Source of the DNA: Octopus sinensis
Taxonomy: Eukaryota
Reading direction: 5' to 3'
Assembly (NCBI RefSeq): GCF_006345805.1
Contig: NC_043004.1
Coordinates: 106,454,001-106,518,000, forward strand
DNA length: 64,000 nucleotides
Positions 53,801-62,800 of the stretch are shown in pieces. A model generated the notes under the pieces. It had not been told where the DNA came from and ran no database searches. It worked only from the letters and a program-made list of their open reading frames with translations. Positions within the stretch are counted from its first letter, which is position 1. Each line of letters opens with the position of its first letter. The translations under genes and the position numbers were made by a program.

Positions 53801-56800
53801 CCAACCTGGCTGAAACCGGCTCTGACTCTGAGTACAAATCACTTGTTTTCATAAGTTTTGAATTAAAATCTTCCACCAAACCTTAGTCACAATTTATGTT
53901 CCTAACACTAGCTGAATGATAACTAAGTTATTTTACTAAATTCTTTCTTATATTTAAAGTAATTGAAAGAAACACAGAGCATCTCAAAATAAATACAGCA
54001 ATGAAAGGGTTAAGTCAGGGATACAGGAAAATAACAGTAATAAGATCTGCATTAGTATCCAGTACCTAAACCATACATTTGCTGTGCCTCTTGTTCTAGC
54101 TCACTACCTTAACATCACAGCCACAATTTTTTTTTTTCAAATTAAATTTTTACACAAATTAAAAACTTTTAATAAATTTAATATTTGTAGAAACTTGTAT
54201 TGAATTAAGTGACACAGCAATGACAATACAATGGTGCAGAAGAGATGGGTTGTTAGTACTGACTAGGAATTATAATTAACAACCAATGCTTGAAGGCAGA
54301 TTTTCTCAAAGGTTGTATGTGGAAAGGTAACTGCTTGAATCATGCCAACTCATAATGGCCAATTTCCTGGTTTTCATGACATAAATTCCCCACCAGAATG
54401 GGATGCTTGTCTGTTACAGGATTACTCATTTTTACCAGCTGAGTGGACTGGAGCAACACAAAATAAAGCATTTTGCTCAAGAACACAAATCATCGCCTGG
54501 CTAAGTAATCGGGGTAATCGAAACCACAATCTTCTGGTCATGAGTCCAACACCATAACCACTAAGCCACGTGTCTCCACAGATTTTCTGAAGTTGTTGAT
54601 AAAATGATAGAGATAGTTTTAAAATCTTATAATTAGTTTCATAGAAATATGGTCAGCTTCAAATTCAATAATGGGAGATGTGGAGGTTAAAAAAGACATA
54701 AACAATATTATAAGGGTTCTTAAGTGTCCACTTGGTGGATTTGTTTGCAGCTTTAATCTACAGAGAAAGAATGGATTCTCAGTGAAGGTTCCTTATCAAA
54801 CAACAGAACCTTCCTTCTCTATTAAGAAAAGTATATTCACTCCTAAAGAATGATTATATTGAAGAAATAATGGATATAGAAGAATGTTATTCATATGGAC
54901 TACACTAAGGCATCTTGATTATTAATATTTTCATGACTTTGATAATTCACACAGTTGATACCATGTTTGTTGACATGTAACCAATTAAATATTGGAAGGT
55001 GATTCAGATATCTTGCTCATCTGGTATGCTGTATTTTTATCTGATTTATTATTGTACTATATGCATTCTGTTGTACACTGTTTGATTATATGGTGGGATA
55101 AGTTGTTGTCAAGTCAGTTTGCATTTATTTTCATATATGACAAGGTTGTTCAACCTCAGGGTTCAATTTTTTAAAAATTCAGAATCTCTTAGTCCAGTTC
55201 TGATTTCTGAAATGGCATTTTTCTCTAATTCCTTTCCCAAACCACACTAACTTTATCCAGCAGCTCATCCCTAACTTTTGTGGTGACTTTTGAGACCAAT
55301 TACTGTTCACAAAATACTTAATTTCGATGGTGCATTATATTTGATGTTAAATGTTATATCCTTATGAATAAACAAATACAATGCAACAGTGTAATAACAA
55401 TATAATCAAAACAAACAACAGTAACCACATGTGACATAGCAACAATCTTTTGAGAGCCAACAATCCAACATGCTAACTTGAACTGTAAATTTTGAACTAT
55501 CAACACACAAACTGTGGAACTAGCACAGACTACTTCACTTACTCAGACCGCTTCTATTTATATGTAGTGGTCCAGTCCATTCTTGCCAGGGGGGTGGGCA
55601 TTGTACTCTCATACAGCATTAAATGTGTAAACTTTTGAGAAAAAATACTTTAATTCTTTTTCAGAGTGTAATGCAAAGATTATCAAGATGTACTCAGGCA
55701 GAAATAGTTCGTTCTATTGATGGACTGGTAAATAAACCAAAATTAGGGTTTTGCAATTCATTTAAAGTGAAAAACTTCCAGCTTCCAAATGGTAAATGTA
55801 ACATTAATGTAATTCTTCTAAGTATTTTCAGTTTGAAACATTCAGATAGTTTCAATCTAGCTGTATGTACTTATATCTATGATATTTCAATGTTGATTTC
55901 TAACTTTAGTGCATGACCAGAAATATGGAAATGAAGAGCTAAGTCAATTGATATTTTTCTACACTATATCATTGATAAAAGAGATGGAACTAAATGCTCT
56001 TTGGCATTAAGTTCATTACTCTACCACTTCTTTCATGTGTCATCTTGTGTTAATATAATAAAGTACACATATGACGGATCATCAATTTATAAACTCTCAA
56101 TAATACACAGAGGTACAAGATGGGCTTCTTTCAGTTTCCATCTACCAAATTCAATCAAAAGGCTTTGATCAAACTGTAGAAGCCACCCGCCCAAGCTGTT
56201 GTGCTGTAGAACTTACACACATCATATATTTAATGAATTATGCATGTACACAATATATGTATATATATATATATATATTATATATATATATATATATAAT
56301 TATTAATAGTCAATCCAATGAAAAAATTCATTTCCTTCAAAGGGATGTAAAACATCTAATTTTCATTGGTTCTTCAGTTAGGTACGACAATATATTAGAG
56401 AAATAATCCGAACTTAAAAATAGTATAATTTCAATATATAAATATTTAAGGAAATAGAGAAAAACAATTGATATATTAAAAATTCATTTACATCATCATC
56501 ATCATCATCATCGTTTAACGTCCGTTCTCCATGCTAGCATGGGTTGGACGGTTCGACCGGGGTTCTGGGAAGCCAGAAGGCTGCACCAGGCTCCAGTCTA
56601 ATCTGGCAATGTTTCTACAGCTGGATGCCCTTCCTAACGCCAACCACTCCGTGAGTGTAGTGGGTGCTTTTTACGTGCCACCTGCACAGGTGCCAGGCGA
56701 GGCTGGCAACGGCCACGGTCAGATTGGTGTATTTTATGTGCCACCGGCACGGAAGCCAGTCGAGGCGGTGCTGGCATCGGCCACGAGTCGGATAGTGCCT

Positions 56801-59800
56801 TTTACGTACCACCAGACCAGGGATCCTGGCTGGTTCAATTCGATTTCGATTTCGCTTGCCCCAACATGTCTTCACAAGCAAAGGGGGTTGGCATGGGTGC
56901 CTGTCGTACGGTCGCATTGGAGTATTTTACGTGTCACGGCCACGAGTCGGATAGTGCTTTTTACGTACCACCAGACCAGGGATCCTGGCTGGTTCAATTC
57001 TATTTCGATTTCGCTTGCCCCAACATGTCTTCACAAGCAAAGGGGGTTGGCATGGGTGCCTGTCGTACGGTCGCATTGGAGTATTTTACGTGCCACGGCC
57101 ACGAGTCGGATAGTGCTTTTTACGTACCACCAGGCCAGGGATCCTGGCTGGTTCAATTCGGTTTCGCTTGCCCCAACATGTCTTCGCAAGCATGGGGGGT
57201 TGGCATGGGTGTCTGTCGTCGGATGAGGTTCTATATCGACTTCGCTTGCCTCAACAGGTCTTTGTGTCCAAGGGAGGAAAGGCATTCATAAGTGGGCTGG
57301 GCTCACTTGTCCTGCCTGGTCTTCTCACGTACAGAATATTTCCAAAGGTCTCGGTCGCTGGTCATTTCCTCAGTGAGGCCTAAAGTTCGAAGGTCGTGCT
57401 TCACCACCTCGTCCCAGGTTTTCCTGGGTCTACCTCTTCCACCCTCAACTGCTAGGGATTGGCACTTTCTCACACACCTATCTTCATCCATTCTCGCCAC
57501 ATGACCATACCAGCGCAATCGTCTCTCTTGCACACCACAACTGATGCTTCTTAGGTACAACATTTCTCTCAAGGTGCTAACGCTCTGTTGAGTATGTACA
57601 CTGACATTACACATCCATCGGAGCATACTGGCTTCATTCCTCACGAGCTTACGCATGTCCTCAGCAGTCACGGCCCATGTTTCGCTGCCATGTAGCATGG
57701 CTGTTCGTACACACGCATCATACAGTCTGCCTCTTACTCTGAGCGAGAGGCCTTTAGTCACCAGCAGAGGTAAGAGCTCCCTAAACTTTGCCCAGGCTAT
57801 TCTTATTCTAGCAGTTACACTTTCAGCGCACCCACCCCCACTACTGACTTGGTCACCTAGATAACGGAAGCTATCAACTACTTCTAGTTTTTCCCCCTGG
57901 AAAGTGACGGAAGTTGTTTTCTGCAGATTTTCGGAGGTTAATGCTCCCGAGCATCTGCCACATACAAAAACTATCTTCCCAGTTAGCCTACCTTTGACAT
58001 TGCTGCACCTCTTATGTGTCCATAGCTTACACTGGGTACATCTTATAGAGTTTCTACCTACACCTTTTCTACAGATCGAGCAGGGCCATCTTCCTGAAGA
58101 TATTTGTGGATTGTCTACCTTCCTACTTATTAGTACTTTGGTTTTAGCTAGGTTGACTCTAAAGCCCCTTGATTCTAAACCCTCCTTCCACACCTGGAAC
58201 TTCTCCTCCAGTTCTGATAGTGACTCAGCAATAAGAGCAAGGTCGTCAGCGTAGAGGAGCTCCCAGGGACAGCCTGTCTTGAATTCCTCCGTAATTGCCT
58301 GGAGTACTATGATAAATAGGAGGGGGCTGAGTACTGAACCCTGGTGGACCCCAACCTCTACTTTGAATTCTTCTGTGTACATGTTGCCAACCCTAACCTT
58401 ACTTACGGCATCTCTGTACATGGCTTGCACAGTCCTCACCAGCCATTCATCTATCCCTAGTTTCCTCATTGACCACCAGATAAGGGATCGGTGGACCCTA
58501 TCAAAAGCTTTCTCCATGTCAACGAAAGCCAGGTACAGGGGCTTATCTTTGGCTAGGTATTTCTCCTGCAGCTGCCTTACCAGGAATATAGCATCAGTGG
58601 TACTTTTCCCTGGCACGAACCCAAACTGCATCTCATCTAAACTAACTCTCTCTCTGATTAGTTGGGCTATGACCCTCTCCGTAACCTTCATTACTTGATC
58701 CAACAGCTTGATACCTCTGTAATTATTTGTATCTAGGGCATCACCTTTACCTTTGTAGCAGTTGACTAGTATGCTGCTGCACCAGTCATTGGGTATGACT
58801 CCTTCGTGTATCACCTGGTTGACTATACGGGTGACTAGGTTATAGCCGACACTGCCAGATATTTTGAGCATCTCTGCAGTAATTCCTGATGGGCCTGGGG
58901 CTTTCCCTGTCTTCATGCTTCTAATTGCCTTAGCTACCACGGAACTATCAACTCGGATAGCTGGTCCCTCTGTAGGGTCAACATTCGGCAGACTCTCTTT
59001 ATCCCATTCATTTTCCTCATTCAGCAACCTTTCATAGTGGCGTCTCCAAGCTTCTCTCTTTGCATCCTCATTTAGCGCAAGTGAACCATCCTCTATGCGA
59101 ACACATTTCTCTCCTACCACATCACGATTCTCTCTCACACACTGTCTTGCAACACGAAATACCTCAAGTCTTTCATCCTCACGGCGCAGCACATTGGCAA
59201 ATTTTCTCTTATCTGCTTCCCCTCTGGCTAGATAGACCTGTCTCCTAGCTTCCCTTCTGGCAGTCTGATACCCTTCCCTGCTACCACCGTTCTTCCAGGC
59301 CTTCCAAGCCTGTTTCTTTTATATAATATAATTATACTATAAAAAGATATAATATAATATGATATAATATAACAAATAATCGAAATAAATATATTTCCTA
59401 CAATTTATTTTCACTTATATCCACTAGTGAATTTATAAAAATTCACATTCATGCATATGAATCCCCTCAGGGGTAATATTTGTCTAAAAAATAGATAAAA
59501 TTTCATGCAGGGACTGCTAAATCATAAAATAGACTGATTTAAAATATACCTGTGTTTACAAGCATGAGCATCAATCATTTTAAAATAAATCAAATAAACA
59601 AAACAATTACAACATTCATAAAATGTTCTTGTGCATCTTTGATAATATTAATCTAAAGATATTTTAATCTAAAAATAATCACTGACCATTTTTATTATAT
59701 AATAAAACATATATGTTAAGAATTTATGGTGGAGTAGGAAATATATTTTATTTAAAATTTCTATATACTATTTTGAAGAAATAAACAAGGATATATTTTA

Positions 59801-62800
59801 TTCAGACACTAAATTCATTAAAAAAACACTTTTAATCAACAATTCAGTAATTCAAAAGTTTCTACTAAATACTAATGTTTAGAATTATCTCTTCAATTAA
59901 TAACAAAAAATTAAACATTTTTTATAATGATAAAAATAATAATAATTCTATTACTGAAAATTATGTTGCTAGAACTTGTGATTGTAGATTTAAGGATAAA
60001 TGTTATTTCAATAATTTTTGTACGCAAAATAACCTTGTATATAGGTGTAGAGTTGAATTTAACGGGAAACATTATTTTTACATAGGATCAATTGAAAATT
60101 TTATTAAAAAGCGAATTGCAAATCATGAACATACTTTAGGAACAGGGATAGATTGAACAGTACTAGTTAAAGTAAGTTTATATGAAAGTTAAAGGATAGT
60201 ATGAAATTGTACATTAAATGTCAAATACTTAGTCATCCTAGATGGTATAAAATTGCTGATAATAGATATAACTTCTGTGTGGATGAAATATATCAAATTT
60301 TAACATCAAAAAAGAAACTTTTTGTTCACTACTGTATACATATATATTTATACATATATATATTTATATATATATATACATATATAGATATTGTTTTGTT
60401 TATTTAATTTATTTTTAAATTATTAACACTCATGCTTGTAAACACAGGTATATTTTAAATCAGTCTATTTTATGATTTAGCAGCGCTTGCATGAAATTTT
60501 GTCTATTTTTTAGACAAATATTACCCTCATATTCATAAATGTGAATTTTTATAAATTCACTAGTGGATATAAGTCAAAACAAATTGTAGGAAATATATTT
60601 GTTTTAATTATTTGTTATATTATATTATATCTTTTTATAGTATAATCATATTATAATGTAAATAAATTCTTACTATATCAATTGTATTTCTCTATTTCCT
60701 TTAATATATATATATATGTTTAAAATAGATTGCATGTACATATGTTTATATATAAATATAGGCATGACTGTGTATGTCTCTGTGTGTGTAAATATATATA
60801 ATATGCCTAATAAATATTTTAATGTACCTTTGAAGGTCACACCAAGACACTGTTATACTTTGATGATTGTGCCAAACACCTTGCTTGTACAGTAACTTTG
60901 AGAGGGTCTCATAACAGTGAACTGAAAAGAGTAAGTAAACATTGATATGAAAATCTTTCTTATCATCTTCCTTCAGTATAACAGAGTATATAACTAAATA
61001 TTTTCTGGTTACTTTTGGCATTCCTGAAAGCCAAATAACCAGAATAAAGAAAGGTGGGGGAAAAAAAGTAGAAGACATTTGGCAAATGTGTTGTGCAGTG
61101 AGACTGAACCAGAAACCCCTGAGTTGCAAAGCAAGCTTCTTAATTAGACAGCCATGATGGTGTCTGCTTGAATCCTTGTCTATCCTTTTTCTAATACAAT
61201 GTATTATATGATTGTCTTGATTAGATGATTGTATTGATCTGAAAATTGTTATGTTTATTTTCATTATATTTCTTTTTAGTTTACATTGTACACTTTCTGT
61301 TGCCTATTGGTTTCTAATGAACCAATCACAAATTCACTGTTTGTCTATTATGGTAAGGGTAGAAGGAAAATGTTTGTAATCATGGTGCAGTAAATACCAC
61401 AAGTTATTTTTGTTCCATGCATCAATTTAGCAGGAGTTTCTTGCCACTGTATATATCTTTCACTGATGCACACACACACACACACACACCACACACACAC
61501 ACACACATCATCATCATCATATGAAAATTAGACAGAGAGAAGGAAAAAGTTGTGCTCATGCATACAATGGACTTTCCCATTGAAGACGATATGTGAGTGT
61601 TTAGCTTCTGCTGAATGACCAGCATAAATGATTTGTTTATAGTGATCAAATGCAAGTGTTGTACATAAGCTCCGTCCCTCCATCAAATTGATGCTGCCTG
61701 GACAGGTGCACTGTGCACCATATGTCAGGTGTCACAGTGAGCAAAGTGAGATGAAGTGTTTTGCTCCAGAACACAATGCAACACTCAGGCCAGAAATTGA
61801 AACCACGACCTAACAACCATGCATGAGTGCAGCACCCTAACCACTAGGGTTTCCATCGACTAAATCCACTCACAAGGTTTTGGTCAGCCCGAGGCTGTAG
61901 TGAAATGCACTTACCCAAGGTGCCATGCAGTGAGACTGAATCAGAAAGCATGTGGTTGAGATGTAAACCTTAGCACAAAGCCATGACTTCACCTATAGCT
62001 ATACCTACACCTATAACCATGCCTGCACCTATTTACTTACATTTTCTATTTTAATTTCAGGTGAAAAAAATAATGCAGTTTATGACTTATGCAGCATATC
62101 ATTCTCAACTTGAAGTTTCATTTATTATGGACGAATTTGGCCTTCCTCCACCCTCTGGGGATGAAATAGGTCTTAATTTAGACACTGACATATCAGATGT
62201 TAATTCTGAATTGAGAGACTCTCAACAAGATGTAAATAGTGAACAGAAAGATGTGATAGATAACAGGGGACATGTATTTAATAACCAATGTAGGAGAGAT
62301 GCTTTTAAAACAGCCAGTTCAATGACTTTGTCTCTTCAGCTTGTTGAAGAAGTTGGTGATACAGACGTAGTTGATAGTGAACCTTCAGAGAAGGACATTG
62401 AATCTAGTAAAGAAGATGATCCGTCTCTAGACATTTCAACAGAAGTCAGTCAAAGCAGTGACAATAAACTATGCAAAGATGTCATGAGCAACAGTCGAAA
62501 ACAACCTGGCATAGAAGAACTCACTGATTTTTCTGATCCTTTACACAACTATCTCACAACGAAGGATGACTCCATATTTCACAGTTCTGTTGCACTTCAA
62601 GAGCAGAAGGTCGCTCAACAGCAGAAAATTCGAAAAGCACTGGAAGATTTAGTTCTATCTGTCTCACCTTACATAAAAATTGATCCACCATATTTAGAGA
62701 CTACTAATGGCTTGAAGTCAACTTTGCGGAAGTATTTCCCTGATGAGATGTACTTCTCTCCAGCTTTAAGTGAAAAGAACATTGACAATCGACCAAAATA

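Noticed and set aside
54600-55175. CR1-like RT remnant (VIHMDYTKA..., PQGSIF)
   Set aside because: Two short motifs only; too decayed to list as a supported feature.
56779-57225. 159-bp and 228-bp arrays as CRISPR-like arrays
   Set aside because: Whole units repeat with no unique spacers; both lie in LINE 3' ends of a eukaryotic intron.
60746-61264. 172-aa minus-strand ORF overlapping exon 17
   Set aside because: Runs through SINE and microsatellite sequence; no recognisable domain.
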